Positions 11,374-25,400 of a stretch of 64,000 nucleotides of DNA are shown one piece after another. Each line of letters begins with the position of its first letter. Within the stretch, counting starts at the first letter, position 1. The stretch lies in assembly GCA_030390025.1 (NCBI GenBank), contig CM059432.1:98272001-98336000 (forward strand). Direction: 5' to 3'. The notes beneath the pieces were generated by a model. The model was given only the letters and a program-made list of their open reading frames with translations. It was not told where the DNA came from and did no database searches. This stretch comes from Squalus acanthias. Lineage: Eukaryota. The position numbers and the translations under genes are program-made.

Positions 11374-13116
11374 AAGGTGCTGACCTTCAATTGAGGAGAC
11401 AGCAGATGGCCTTGGAGGATAATTTTGAGCAGCTCTGGGTCTAGAGGGCCCAGCTTTCAATTGCACTATCTTGGCCAGGGCGGCAGCAGTCTGGGCTGGC
11501 TGGCTGACAGGCAAAGGCACTGGCAGAATGGCAGGTGTGGGAGCTGGAATGCCGTCATCCTGAGAGAGGACAGCATGTTCATGTTTCATAGATCCACTGC
11601 CACTCTCCAGGGGTGACGCCTCACCAATGCAACTGATCTGTTGGAGAAAAGATTGATGGACTGCTGTGATGCCCTGGAAGCCCCTTTGAACAGTGGTACC
11701 CAGAGCCACGATGGCAGCAGTCTGAGTTTGCACGGCATCAGTCTGAGATTCCACTACAGCACTCTGACCCCTTGATGGAAGCTTTTGTGCTACAATGGAA
11801 GCTGTGACACCAGCCATCGGACACTGCATCATGGTGGGTTTCACAGGTGTGCTGATGGAGGTGACCATCCATTCCATGTTGGAAAGGATGGGCTCCAAGC
11901 TCTGTGCAAAGCCCTGTGTCAAGTTGGTACTGGACTCCTCCATGCTCCTTGACATTGTGCGCAAGGTTTTTAGCAGGCTTTCCAGTGCACCGAGCATTTG
12001 GTTATGTAATTGGTTATCTATCAGCCTTCTACTGTAGCCTGGCCCATCAAAGTCATCATCTGAGTCCTCTTCAACAGGACTAGTATGCGACCTCGCAATC
12101 CTGCAAGCTGGCAACTGCGCTTTCCTTTCCCCCGCCCTGGCTCCTGCGCATTTGTGCCCGCTGTCTCACCACATGCAGATCCCTCCTCTATCCTAGCCTC
12201 TAAAATACGTGCAGTGTCAGTGTCTGAGCCTGTGGCAGTGAATGTTCGATCAATTGACGGTATCTTTTCATCTTCACTGTCTTGTTCCTCTTCCTCCTCT
12301 GACCTGGAAGGTTCCAGTTCTTGGGTATCTGAAATGAAATAGGGACCAGGGTTGGGTTGTATAGAGGGGAAAGGAGAATGTAAGAATTGTGTGCTTACAC
12401 CCTCTGCAGATTCTAAGTCAGAAGAGATTGTGCGTTGAGAGAAGGAGGATTATGTATGCAGATACCCTCATCATCGATCCCCCCAGCCCCACCAGTGCCT
12501 CAGCAATGCCCCTTTCCATGATGGCCAGCACTGTCTTCTCCATGGGGTTAAAACAAGCAGGCTTGCTTGTCCTCCTCCAGTTCTTTCCAGCTAGCTCCTG
12601 TTATACGTCACCTTCTCCTGCAAAAAAGAGGAAAATTTGTCAGTGAGTGCCCTGCAATATGTATTGATGATATGGCTGTCATGGGTGAATAGCTGCCAGT
12701 CTCTGTGCGAACAAGGCTTGCAACAGTGCTAAGTGTGCGAAGGTGAAGTCAAGCATATGAATTGAAGGGTTGATTACTGATTGATAGAGATTGTGTGTTG
12801 GGTGTGTAGGGAATTGAGCAGTGGATGAGGCTAGTGGTGCAGTTGGTAGGATATGCCATTTGAAGATGAACTCACTTACCTTGAAAGCTCATGTCAGATT
12901 GTTCAACTTCTTCCTGCACTGTATCCATGTTCTTGGAGCAACACTCCTGGCATTGACCTTCACCGTTACTTCTTCCCACTGCCCCCTGAGCATATGTCTG
13001 GAGGGCCTCCTGCCCCCCTGCAGATACAAGACTTCTCTCCTTTCTACCTCTTGCAGCAAAACCTCCAGTGCATTGCCAGAAATCCTTGGTGCTCGCTCTC
13101 TCGCATGTTCAGCCAT
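11374..13116 (-). pseudogene. Harbinger ORF2, Myb/SANT-like protein, 3 exons (C-terminus continues at ~8950-9029)
   Basis: MAEHARERAPRISGNALEVLLQEVERR...WEEVTVKVNARSVAPRTWIQCRKKLNNL is a Myb/SANT trihelix signature; donor AAG|gtaagt at ~12880; last exon has AVLSQDD and AGPSRPRA. Confidence 0.85.
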
Positions 13117-13335
13117 TCCTCAAAGTATCCCAGCCCAGATTCACTTTTCAAAAAGCTCTCACCACTTTTTGCAGCCACAATGCATCTCCCCTTTAAGAGG
13201 TGCAGGCTGCCTTTAACTAGCGCTAGCCACGAGCGATATTGAGCCCTCTGCTGATGCATGCAACCAATGAACAGCGTGGGTTTAAAACAGCAGGCAGCAG
13301 GAATTTAACGTGCTGCCTGCAACACAATGAACAGG

Positions 13336-14900
13336 TGCCAATGTAATACCTATTTTCAAAAAGGGAGACAGAGCTAACCTAGGTAATTATAGACCAGTCA
13401 GTTTAACATCTGTGTGAGGGAACATTTTGGAATCTTTAATTTAAAATGAAATTACTAAATATCTAGATGAATTAAAATAATTAGAAGCAACCAACACGAT
13501 TTCAGAAAGGAATAGCATGCCTGACAAACCTAATAGAGTTCTTTGAGGAGGTGACAGAAATGGTGGTTGGGAAGAATGCAGTGGATGTGATGTACCTGAC
13601 TTTCACAAAACCTTTGACAAAGCACCACACAGGAAGATTAAGGATTATGGAATTAGAAGGAGGGTAGCAAACTGGATTAAAACAAGTGTGATGTAAACTC
13701 CGCTTACGTGTGTAAATGGGTTTTCGCTGCACTGCCGGCAAAGTGACGGCAGTGTAGAAGGGAAGAAACAGAGAGTGTTATTGAAGGTGGGTAGTGGTAT
13801 TGCACAGTGTTCTCTTCTGGGACTACTTCTGTTTATGTGTATATCAATAATTTGGATCTGGGGCTAGAGATAGTGATATCCAATTTTAGAAGCAATATTA
13901 AATCGGAGGCATAGTAAATCCGATGAAGAAAGGAAGCTGCAAGGGGATATTGATATATTGGTGGAATGGGTAAAAATGTGACAGATAGAATTCAATGTCA
14001 GCATATGGTACAGTTTGATTTAAAAAAAAGTAATAATTATACTTGGAATTAGGAGGAGCAGAGTGACTTAGTGTTCAGGCTCGCAAGACATTAAGAGCAG
14101 CACCTCAAGTGGATAAGATCATAAAAGCTAATGGAATACTAGGCTTTGTGGCAAGAGCTATGGAATATAATAGTCGAAGTGTAATGTTGAATTCATATTA
14201 AACCTTATTAAGACCACAGTTGGAGTACTATGTGCAGGTCTGGGCTCCACAGTATAAGAAGGATGTTAAGGCAGCAGAAAGGGTACTGTACAGATTCACT
14301 AGGATGCTGTCTGGTATGAGGAAGATTTGTAAAACTGGGAATTTTTCAGCAGAATAATGGAGATTATGACGTGATTGAATGTTTGAAATTATAATGGGAT
14401 GGGAAAAAAAGATAGAAACAGAGGCCAGGAATTTCCTTGGAGCTGCTCCCACTCTGTTGGCGTTACTTTGCCACAAGTGCAACGGAAACTCCGCTTACAC
14501 ATGTAAACAGGTTTTCGCCGCACTGCCGGCAAAGTGATGACAGCAGAGTATGGGGAGCTCTGCAGAATTTACCAGGCAGATGGTTTCTAGTGATTGAGGG
14601 ATATAGAGCGAGGGGACATTGATATAAGAATAAATGTTAGAGATTTAGGACAGAGAGCAGGAGAAACTATTTTACACAGGGTTTTATAAGGTTGTGGAAT
14701 GCAGTACTGGAGTTAAGGATTGAAGCTGAGATCACGTCAACAGTTAAAAACAGGTTATATAGGTGGTTGAAGGAAAAGGGAATGAACCGACATAGAAGCA
14801 GGGCAGGACTATAGGATTAGGACTATTGTTTGTGTAGAGGATAAAACAGTAACATAGACATTGATCAAGCAGCCTGTTTCTGTGTTGTAATTTCTATGTA
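13336..14900 (+). mobile_element. Old degenerate CR1 LINE (RT and 3' end)
   Basis: NVIPIFKKGD...NYRPVSLTS, CLTNLIEFFEEVT and RPQLEY motifs; tail ending ...TTTCTATG. Confidence 0.8.
14423..14577. mobile_element. Short Harbinger-type MITE
   Basis: Imperfect TIRs GGCCAGGAATTTC / GAATTTACCAGGC and AGA duplication within the CR1. Confidence 0.55.
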
Positions 14901-15559
14901 ATTAAATACAACATTAAGTATGGCTTCCAATAGTAATGCTTATCATTAGTTATCAGATTAAAATATGTGCATAGTAAAGGCTGCAGCATGTGCAGTTCCA
15001 TTTCAACATCACATTGGTTGCTATCTACAAGTTACGATGCTTCTTTCTAAAATCCTCCCATGTCCTTTGGATTTCTGAACCATCATTGATTTCCTCAGGC
15101 AGCCTGGTCCCAAAAGGCTCACCTTGATCGCTTCATATATCCTAGCAAAAAGGACAGAGAGATGATAAGGTTTCTGAATGTTGTGAGCAGTGTTCTGATT
15201 TTCTCACTGCACAACTCTATTTACAGCCTATTTGGAACTTCTAATGATTAAGCAGCTTAATAATTGCTTGAGAAATGTGAAAATAAGCAGCACATTGCTA
15301 ATTGGGCAGTTTCTGCTGGGCACAATTATTTGTGAGGCATAAATCCAACGGGAGGAAATCCAGGTGCCCCTCAGGTGACATAAACAAAAATGGGTGAACT
15401 TTGATCATTATTTCTAAATAAAAGAAAATGTGGGCCATAATCTCATTGCTGTAGGAATATGAAAAGCAAAAAAGGAAATGTTGAAATTGGCTGGAAGAAC
15501 TTGCTGATGCGACAAAGCCAGTGAAGGAGTGGCAAGATGGGTAATAGTGTATATTACAT

Positions 15560-16250
15560 AAGAACATAAGTACAGTCAAGAATGAGTAAGGAGCATTCGG
15601 TCCATCAACATTAATTCCCTGAGTGCCTTGACTCTTCTTTCACATCATCCAACTCCATTTGATTTCCCCTAATGTATTTGTCTCTAATTCCCTCCTTGGC
15701 ACATTATTTAAAACATTTATCACCCTTTGAGTAAGAAGTTCTTTGAAGTACCTGTTCTAAACTTTTCACTCATTTTGTAGTAGGATTCTGGGTTAACTTT
15801 AACAATGTCAATAAATATTTTATATTTTATTTCATAATTTATGAACTGTCTTCCTTTAAACTGTAGATACTAAATTTCTCTAAATTGCCCACAGCTCATC
15901 CCTTTTACACTTGGGATCATACTTGCTGTTTTCTCTGTATCTGTTCTAATGCTTGTGATTTTTTTCTGCAGCATGATGCCCAGAATTATACTCCAAATGT
16001 GGTTTTACCAGTGCATTGCAAACCATAGCATATAAACTCTGTGGAAATTTACTCTACTATCCTGGCTATATATCACACCATCCTATTTGCTTTTATAACT
16101 TGTTGTCTAGACATTGAAAGTATTACTGTCACTTCCCGGTCTCATTCTAAGTCACCCTGCATTAATTCTATTCTGCTCATTCTATGCCTTTGTTGCATGT
16201 TTTACATTTTCAGTATTAAATTTCATTTGCTATTTATCTGCTTAATTGCA
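15560..16250 (-). mobile_element. Old CR1 fragment (probably continues at ~20500-21400)
   Basis: CATAAGAACATAAG tail and degenerate RT C-terminal sequence. Confidence 0.55.
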
Positions 16251-16255
16251 TAAGG

Positions 16256-16462
16256 TGTCAGCTGTGGCTCAGTCGGTAGCACTCTCACCTCAGAGTCAGA
16301 AGGTTGAGGGTTTAAGTTCTATTCCAGAGCCTTGAGCATATTATCCAAGCTGACACAGTACTGAGGGCATGCTGGTCTGTTGGAGGTGCCATCTTTCAGA
16401 TGAGACGCTAAATCAAGGCTCAGTCTGCCCTCTCAGGTGGATATAAAAGATCCCACAGTGCT
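16256..16462 (+). mobile_element. tRNA-derived SINE 5' half (DeuSINE/SacSINE1-like)
   Basis: A box TGGCTCAGTCGG and degenerate B box; the body continues at 20004-20232 after a CR1 insertion. Confidence 0.75.
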
Positions 16463-16980
16463 AAGTAGATACGTATTTAGGTATATATTAGAGGGATATC
16501 TGCTACACACAGAGCTGTATGCACAGAGCTGGGAGTATCTGCTAAACGGAGCGGCCTGTAAACAGAGTGGCAACAGGAATTTGGTGCGACTGGGAATTTG
16601 GTGCAGAGGAGGAGGAGGTGCTAAGTGCTTTAAACCAAGAAGCAACAGTAAATATATATAAAAATCAGGGTAATTAATTAGATCTAAAGGAATTTTTTTA
16701 AGCAAAATGATGGGACGGCTGAGACCCGTTGCCTTCAATTCTTGTGTCATGTGGGAACTCCAGGATGCTTCATGTGTCCTGGATAACCACATGTGCAGGA
16801 AATGCCTCCAGTTGCTTGAGCTCGAGCTCAGGGTTTCTGAGCTTGAGGAGCGGCTGGAGTCACTGCAGGGCATGTAAGAGTCTGAGAATTTCCTGAAGTC
16901 CACGTTCCAGGAGGTGGTCACCCCACAGCTACAGAGAGTTCAGGAGGATAGTAGGTGGGTGGCCGTTTGGCAGGGTAGAA

Positions 16981-19429
16981 AGAAACATAGAAACATAGAA
17001 GATAGGAGCAGGAGTTGGCCATTCAGCCCCTCGAGCCTGTTCCGCCATTTAATGAGATAATGGCTGATCATCCAAATTCAGTACCCTGTCCTTGCTTTCT
17101 CCCCATATCCCTTGATCCCTTTAGCCTTAAGAAATGTATCTAACTCCTTCTTGAATATATTTAATGAATTGGCCTCAACTGCCTTCTGTGGTCGAGAATT
17201 CCACAGGTTCACCACTCTCTGGGTGAAGAAGTTCCTCCTCATCTCAGTCCTAAATGGATTACCCCTTATCCTTAGACTGTGACACCTGGTTCTGGACTCC
17301 CCCACCATCAGGATCATCCTTCCTGCATCTAGTCTGTCTAGTCCTGTTAGAATTTTATAAGTTTCAATGAGATCCCATCTCATTCTTCTAAACTCTAACA
17401 AATATAAGGCTAATCGACCCAATCTCTCTTCATACATCATTCCTGCCATCCCAGGTATCAGTCTGGTGAATCTTCGCTGCACTCCCTCCATGGCAAGAAC
17501 ATCCTTCCTCAGATAAGGCGACCAAAACTGCACACAATACTCAAGGTGTGGTCTCACCAAGGCCCTGTACAACTGCAGCAAGACATCCTTGCTCCTGTAC
17601 TCGAATCCTCTTGCTATGAAGGCCAACATACCATTTGCCTTCTTAACCACCCACTGCACCTGCATGCTTACCTTCAGCGACTGGTGCACAAGGACACCCA
17701 GGTCTCGTTGCACTTCCCCTTTTCCCAATCTATTGCCATTCAGATAATAATCTGTCTTCCTGTTTTTGCCACCAAAGTGGATAACCTCGCATTTATCCAC
17801 ATTATACTGCATCTGCCATGCATCTGCCCAATCACCCAACCTGTCCAAATCATACTGGAGTTTCTCTGCATCCTCCTCACAGCACACACGCCCACCCAGC
17901 TTTGTGTCATCTGCAAACTTGGAGATATTACATCTAGTTCCCTCGTCTAGATCATTAATATATATTGGTGCAGAAATTCCGATATCTACGGGTGTGTACG
18001 CGCTGTGTACTCATCCGTAGGGATATCGGAAATGCCGGTTTCAGGCATGCACTGCGCATTCGCTGGAAACCGGCATTTCCGATCTGTCAAGAAAGCTCTT
18101 GACAGATCCTCCGGCTGCCCTGGAGAAGGGCCTCTGCGGGTGGAGAGTTCCGCTTTATGGAGACCCTCCGCCCACAGAAAACACTTACAATTCTTGCGCC
18201 TGGTAAAAGCAGGCATAAGGCTTGCTTTTACCAGGATAAGAGTTGAAAAAAGTTTTAAAAAATTTTTTCCACTGATTTATCTTTTAAAAATACTTTAAAG
18301 AAAGGTAAGTTTATTTTTAGCCCCGCTAAAAACTTTAATTACTTTTTCAAAAAATAAAATTTTTGTTTAAAATACTTAATTTATTGTAATTTAAAGTCAT
18401 TTTAAAAATGTGATTTTTAAAAAAAAAATTATTTAAAGTTTTACTATGTTTTGGGGGTGATCTCTATTCATATATTTGACAGGTCTTCCTGTCAAATGTA
18501 TGAAGGGAGATTCCCTTCTCTGATTGGCTCCCCATGGCCCACGTGATCCCAGGGATGCTGCGAACCACCTGCGCCTCTGGGATACGTGAGCCCTGCACAC
18601 CGGCAGTTTGGAGAGGCCCAGCAGCAGAACTCTGTGCCTCCCGGGAGCCATTCGGTCTTGGCGCAGATTTTTCGAGATCGCAGCCCTCTGCCCGCGGGAG
18701 GCCTGCGATCGGAATATCTGGACCATTGTGAATAGCTGGGGTCCTAGCACCGATCCCTGCGGTACCCCACTAGTCACTGCCTGCCACTCGGAAAAAGACC
18801 CATTTATTCCAACCCTTTGCTTCCTGTCTGCCAACCAGTTCTCCATCCAAGTCAGTACCTTACCCCCAATCCCATGTGTTTTAACTTTGCACGCTAATCT
18901 CTTATGCGGGACCTTATCGAAAGCCTTCTGAAAGTCCAAATACGCCACATCCACTGGTTCTCCCTTATCTATTCTACCAGTTACATCCTCAAAAAATTCC
19001 AGCAGATTAGTCAAGCATGATTTACCTTTTGTAAATCCATGTTGACTTTGTCCAATCCTGTCACTGTTTTCCAAGTGTTCTGTTATTACATCTTTTATAA
19101 TGGACTCTAGCATTTTCTCCACTACCGATGTCAGGCTATAATTCCCCGTTTTCTCTCTACCACCTTTTTTAAATAGTGGGGTTACATTAGCTACCCTCCA
19201 ATCCATGGGAACTGTTCCAGAGTCTATAGAATTTTGGAAGATGACCAGCAATGCATCTACTATTTCTAGGGCCACTTCCTTAAGTACCCTAGGATGTAGA
19301 TTATCAGGCCCTGGGGATTTATCGGCCTTCAATCCCGTCAATTTCCCTAACACCATTTCCCTACAAATACTGATTTCATTCAGTTCCTCCCTCTCATTAA
19401 ACCCAATGTTCCCCGACATCTCTGGGAGG
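16981..19429 (-). mobile_element. Young 5'-truncated CR1 LINE (RT domain), with a MITE inserted
   Basis: ORFs 18433-19542 and 17078-17887: KSPGPDNLHPRVLKE, YLDFQKAFDKVPH, GVPQGSVLGP, FADD; CATAGAAA tail. Confidence 0.95.
17967..18724. mobile_element. Harbinger-type MITE (same family as 9072-10263)
   Basis: TIRs GGTGCAGAAATTCC / GGAATATCTGGACC; ATT duplication; removing it restores the CR1 FTIYIND motif. Confidence 0.88.
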
Positions 19430-20003
19430 CAGAAGCAGGCAGTGCAGAAATTCTCCGGGAGTGTGACACTCTCAAACCGGTTTGTAGTGCTGAATACCAG
19501 TGAGGGTGATGACACCTTGCGGGAGTGCAGTCTAGAGCACAAAGTGTAGAAATGCAGTTGTCATAGGGGATTCGATAGTCAGGGGGATAGACAGGCTTTT
19601 CTGCAAATGCCAACGTGAGTCCCATATGGTGTGTTGCCTCCCTGGTGCCAGGGTAAAGGATATCACTGAGAGCCTGCAGAATGTTTTGAGGGGGGAAGGG
19701 GAACAGCCAGAAGTCATGGTCCATGTGGGAACCGATGACATATGAAGGGAATGAGTTGAGGTCCTGCAGTCTGAGTTTCAGGAGCTAGGGAGGAAGTTAA
19801 AAAGCAAGACCTCAAAGGTAATAATCTCTGCATTACTCCCAGTGCCACATGCTAGTAAGTATAGGAAGAGTAGGATAAAATAGGAAAGCACATGGGTGAA
19901 GAAATGATGCAGGAGGGAGGGTTACAGATTGCATTGGGACCAGTTCTGGGGCGGGAGGGACCAGTTGAAGGTGGATGGGTTGCACCTCAACAGAGCTGGG
20001 ACC

Positions 20004-20232
20004 GAGTTCTCCCAGTGTCCTGGCCAATATTTATTCCTCAATCAACATCACTAAAACAGATGATCTGGTCATTTATTTCATTGCTGTTTGGGAGCTTGCT
20101 GTGTGCAAATTGGCTGCCACATTTCCTACATTGCAACAGTGACTACACTTCAAAAGTACTTCATTGGTTGTAAAGCACTTTGGGATGTCCTGAGGTCATT
20201 AAAGCTGCTTTAAAAATGCAAGTCTTTCTTCT
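20004..20232 (+). mobile_element. SINE 3' half (DeuSINE/SacSINE1-like)
   Basis: GTCCTGGCCAATATTTATTCCTCAA...AAATGCAAGTCTTTCTT; matches the reverse complement of 44522-44805. Confidence 0.75.
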
Positions 20233-20289
20233 TCATAACTGAAGTTCTTCTGCAACTTTTCATCTGCAGTATTCATGCTCAAGTAACGC

Positions 20290-20480
20290 TTCTGCTGCCT
20301 GAAAGCTCGGGCGGAGCTTTGGACTGCTGCCCTAAACATGCTTCCAGACTTGTGCTAATGTGCTGCATGCTGCATAACTTTGCGATAATGAGGGATCAGC
20401 CCTGACCACCACCTGGGAAGCAAGTAGTGCAGGAGGAGGAGAAAGAAGAGCATGAGCAGCATCAGCCAACAAAAAGCTTT
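20290..20480 (+). pseudogene. Harbinger transposase C-terminal fragment
   Basis: MCCMLHNFAIMRDQPLPPP followed by a Glu-rich run. Confidence 0.65.
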
Positions 20481-22455
20481 CTTAAAGTCTAATAAATTAC
20501 ATTGCAGTTTTGCTATCTACTTTATTTGTAACATCCTCAAAGAAGTTGGGTAGATATCTGTAAATCCATGCTGCTGTTTCCTTTTAAGATATTCCTGTGT
20601 AAGCACTCCTCTATCCAACTCCTCATAATAGTTTCCCTTATTTTACCTGTCATTGGTATTATACTAAAAGTTTGCTGCGTCAGAATTATTATCTTTTTTT
20701 TTAATACAGGCACTATGTTAGCTTGCTTCCAATCTTGCAGTACCACACCAGTGCTCATGATGTTAACCAGTACCCCTCAAACATCTTCTCTAGTCTCTTT
20801 TAGGATAAATACCATTTTATCCAAAGGATTTGTTTGTTTTAGTCTTTTTAACCTGTGTTATGTTGACTTCAAAGGATATTCAGTGTACTACAAAAATTGG
20901 ACAGTAAATTAGTATTAACCTCTTGACTAAATATAAAACTATTCATTAAGTATGTTGACTAGTTTTTATTTTTCAATTTCATCACATTTTTTACTCTTTA
21001 GAATTCTCAATTCTTAAACTATTTTAACTTTATGATACTAAAAACTCTGATTAATTTGCATAATTTCATTTGTTACCTTTATCTTTAGATAAATACCTTT
21101 ATGCACACCGAATAATTGTTTCAACTTATGCTTGTACTCCACCCAAAGTTTCCCACCATCTCATTCCCTATAGATTTCTATAGTTTTTCTCTTATTCCCA
21201 TTTGAGTTGCCTTATTTATCCACTTTTGGGGCTGCTTGTTTAGATTACATTTATGTTTTCATGGGTGTATACTTAGCTGTTATAATCAGTATTGCAGTGT
21301 TAAAGTGTTCCATTGAGATATCTTTCAGCAGTACATCCCAATTAATTTTTTATAGTGAATTCCTTATTCCATCAAGATTTGTCCTTTTGAAATCATAGCT
21401 CTTTGTCCTGGTCCTTATTTTAATCAGTTTAATGGCTTCAATGAAGGTGTTTGATGCAAACATGTTAACCTAAAAGTAACATAAAAAGGAATTTCAATTG
21501 CCAGGTTAGATGTGAGGTACCTCACCGGGTTCCATTACACATAAGGCTAGATTTTCCTATGTATAGATCGCTACCATCACCAGAATTCAGGCTACTGGAG
21601 ATCAAAAATTTGATTAGGCAAATGTTAACAAGAAAACAGCCTGGATATTAACCACCACCCCACCCGCACGATGGGCGGGAGAGGGTCGGGGGTGGGGTTA
21701 AAGAGTTAAATACGAGGAGCGCGTCTGCAACACACAGCGCACGCACCTGCCACCTTTTTTACAGCGGCGGATATCGGGGTATCCGAGTGTCCTGCCATGG
21801 AAAGGCGGTACACTTCATTAATATATTTAAATCGAGCTCCCACAGTGCAATTGGGAGCCCGATTTAATATTAAGTACTGCTGCAAGGGTTTCCCAGGGGT
21901 TGGGAAATCTGGCAATGAAAGGGAGGCGCAGGCTGCTGGCTCCACAGGGTAAGTACCTTTTCCAGCACTCCTTGTGGGCCAGGAGCACTCAGGGTCTCGG
22001 ATGTAGCACTCCAGCTTTGAGCAGGGGGTCAACACTGGAAGAAAGGTCCTCTACCCATAGGGGGCCAGGAGACCCTCCAGAAAGAAGGATGTGGGACCAG
22101 ATCGCTGAGGCCGTCACTGCCAGCATTGTCACCCCGAGGACCTGGCTCCAGTGCCCAAAGAAGTTTCATGACCTCAGACGAGTGGCCAAGGTCAGTGAAT
22201 GCATCTTCAAAAGCCATCTCCTACCAACTGCACCATTAACCTCATACACTGCTCAATGCACGAAACCCCTCATCACTCACCTACTAACAATCTCTACCAA
22301 ACACAAGGCACACCTCACATTCCTAGCTTCACCTCACCTCCTTGGAGGAGATGGTGCTGGCCAATTTTGGCAGGGACATGGCTGAGCCCTTGGCCAGCAG
22401 CGGGGCTGAAAGAATACAAGATACCGGTATCCTCATACGTTATCCTTCTTCTCAT

Positions 22456-25400
22456 ATCGCACTTCCCCTCATTCCACAATCTCTTCTGATTTACAAGCTG
22501 CACATGGTGTAAGCATGCACCTCTTGCTTTACCCCCCTCCCCTCACCACAACTCCACCCTTGTGCTTTCCTCATTTCAGATACTCAAGAAATGCAGCCTA
22601 TTCAGCCAATGGTTGACCAAGAAGAGGGAGAGGAGAGTAAAGAAGAAGAAACATCATCACTCGATTTCACACTCCCAGCCACCAGCTCCTTGAGGTCGTC
22701 CTCCAAGGCCATTTCCAGTGTCCCCCACTGAAAGTCAGCAGCCTTCCACCAGCCATGCTGCAGGCACTGGGGTAGCACTGCATAACATCACTTGGATAGG
22801 CAAAGGCACATGCAAGACAGTCACAAAGGGAATGCACAAGGATGATTAGTTGATTTCTTGATGCCATATTGGATGGATAGATGTATAAAGTTGGATTGGA
22901 ACATTTGCTTTGAGGTGGCTTCTATTTCAGCATTGTGACCAAGAGGACGTTGTGATGGTCAGTAACAGAGGGAAGGTAATGAGTGGACAAATGTTGAAAG
23001 GGGAATTGGGGTTGTGTTCACTGGCGGATGATTTGATTAGGCGGTGGTCTGTCCAGCAGTCATCAGCTCCTGTCATGGCGCGGGTGATGCAGACGTCCTT
23101 GCGGTCCCTCCTTCGCTCGGTCGATGACATAGTCCAGCATATGCCAGTGCTTGGAGCGAAGGTGTTGCCATGAAGCCTTGTACTTGTCTCTCTGATGGAA
23201 CAAGGTGTTGGTTATGACAAGGCCATGTTCTAAGCATTTCGTCAGGAGGAGTGTACCGTTGGAGTTGGCTTTCCCTACCCCCTCTCTGCCGACCAAACTC
23301 GCGACCTAAATAACAGATGGTGGGTGGAGAAAGCGCAGGAGATCCAGCAGCTAGCCGACAACCACGAAATGTGTGGATTCTTTAGCGCAGTCAAGACCAC
23401 CTACGACCCAAGCACCCAAAGTCCTACCCCACTGCGGGCCAAGAACGGAGCGGTACTCATCAAGGACAGAGAGGCAGTCAGTGCCTGCTGGAAGGAGCAC
23501 ACTGAAGACCTCCTTAACCGAGACTCTGTCTTCGACGCGAGTGTCCTCAACTCCATCATGCAGCATGCTACCCACCACCACCTCAGCACAACCCCAGCCC
23601 GGCATGAGGTTGAAAAGGCCATCCGACAACTGAAGAACTACAAGGCCTCAGGAGCAGATGGAATCCCTGCTGAGGCACTAAAGCATGGCGGAGAAGCACT
23701 ATTGGTGGAAATACATGAACTAATTTCTCTTATTTGGAAGGAGGAGAGCATGCCAAGGATCTCAGAAAAACCGAAAGGTGACAAGTCCGATTGCAGTAAT
23801 TACAGAGGAGTCTCCCTGCTGTCTGCCACAGGGAAAGTCATCGCAAGAATCCTCCTCTATCACCTTCTCGCAGTGGCTGAAGTGCTCCTCCTAGAGTCGC
23901 AATGCGGATTCCGCCTACTAAGGGGCACAATGGACATGATCTTCACCACGCGTCAACTACAAGAGAATTGCAGGGAACAGCACCAACCACTGTACATGGC
24001 CTTCTTTGACCTCACAACGGCCTTCGACACTGTCAACCGTGAGGGATTATGGAGCGACCTCCTCAAATTCGGCTGCCCTCAAAAGTTTGTCACCATCCTC
24101 CGCCTGCTTCACGACGACATGCAAGCCGTGAACCTGACCAATGGATCCACCACAGACCCAATTCACATACGGACCGGGGTTAAGCAAGGCTGTCATCGCA
24201 CCAACGCTCTTCTCGATTATCCTGGCTGCAATGCTCCATCTCACCCTCAGTAAGCTCCCCGCTGGAGTGGAGCTAATCTACAGAACAAATGGGAAACTGT
24301 TCAACCTCCGTCGCCTCCAGTCCAGATCCAAGGTCGTCCCATCCTCTGCCATCGAATTACAGTGTGCAAACGACATTTGCGTCTGCACTCACTCGGAGGT
24401 CGAACTCCAAACCATCGTCAACACCTTCACCGAAACGTACGAGAGCATGGGCCTTACACTAAATATCCGTAAGACAAAGGTCCTTTACCAACCTGCCCCC
24501 ACCACACAGTACTGCCCCCCGATTATCAAAATCCATGACGAGGCCTTGGACAACGTGGACCACTTTCCATACCTCGGGAGCCTACTGTCAACAAGGGCAG
24601 ACATCGATGATGAAGTCCAACACCGCCTTCAGTGTGCCAGTGCAGCCTTCGGTCGCCTGAGGAAGAGAGTGTTTGAAGACCAGGACCTCAAACCCAGCAC
24701 CAAGCTCATGGTCTACAGAGCAGTAGTGATACCCGCCCTCCTGTATGCTTCAGAGACATGGAGCATGTACAACAGGCACCTCAAAGCACTGGAGAGGTAC
24801 CACCAACGCTGCCTCCGCAAATCCATTGGCAGGATAGGCACACCAACGTCAGTGTTCTCGCTCAGGCCAACATCCCCAGCATCGAAGCTTTGACCACGCG
24901 CGATCAGCTCCGATGGATGGGTCACATTGTCCTCATGCCCGATACGAGTCTCCCAAAACAAGCACTCTACTCGGAGCTCCAGCGCGGCAAGAGAGCCCCA
25001 GGTGGGCAGAGGAAACACTTCAAGGACACCCTCAAAGCCTCCTTGAAAAAGTGTAACATCCCCACCGACACCTGGGAATCCCTGGCCCAAGACCGCACAA
25101 AGTGGAGGAGAAGCAACCGGGAAGGCGCAGAACACCTCGAGTCTTTTCACCGGGAGCAAGCGGAAGCTAAGCGCAAACAGCAGAAGGAGCGCACGTCAAC
25201 CCAAGCACGCCATTCACCCGCCCCTTCAACCACCGTCTGCCCCACCTGTGACAGAGACTGTAGGTCCCACATTGGATTCATTAGTCACCTGAAAACTCAT
25301 TTTTAGTGTGGAAGCAAGTCATCCTTGGTTCCGAGGGACTGCCTAAGAAGAGAAGATCCCACTTGCCGCTCATTCCACAATCTCTTCTGATTTACAAGCT

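Larger units (their letters stand above)
6602..13335 (+). mobile_element. PIF/Harbinger transposon, copy 2, interrupted by a CR1 and a nested LTR/MITE stack
   Basis: Starts GGGGGCTAAATT; transposase on +, Myb/SANT ORF2 on -; right end truncated by a CR1. Confidence 0.85.
16490..20003 (+). mobile_element. CR1 5' region with ORF1 (zinc finger/leucine zipper plus SGNH esterase), split by a younger CR1
   Basis: SCVMWE...HMCRKCLQLLELELRVSELEERLESL at ~16707-16875; VVIGDSIVRG, CCLPGARVKD, VHVGTDD and DGLHLN at ~19555-19995. Confidence 0.8.

Noticed and set aside
16256..16330. tRNA gene
   Set aside because: It is the degenerate tRNA-derived head of a SINE whose body continues downstream.
18433..19542. 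369-aa RT fusion protein with novel termini
   Set aside because: Chance frame across junctions: antisense CR1 ORF1, then CR1 RT, then MITE.
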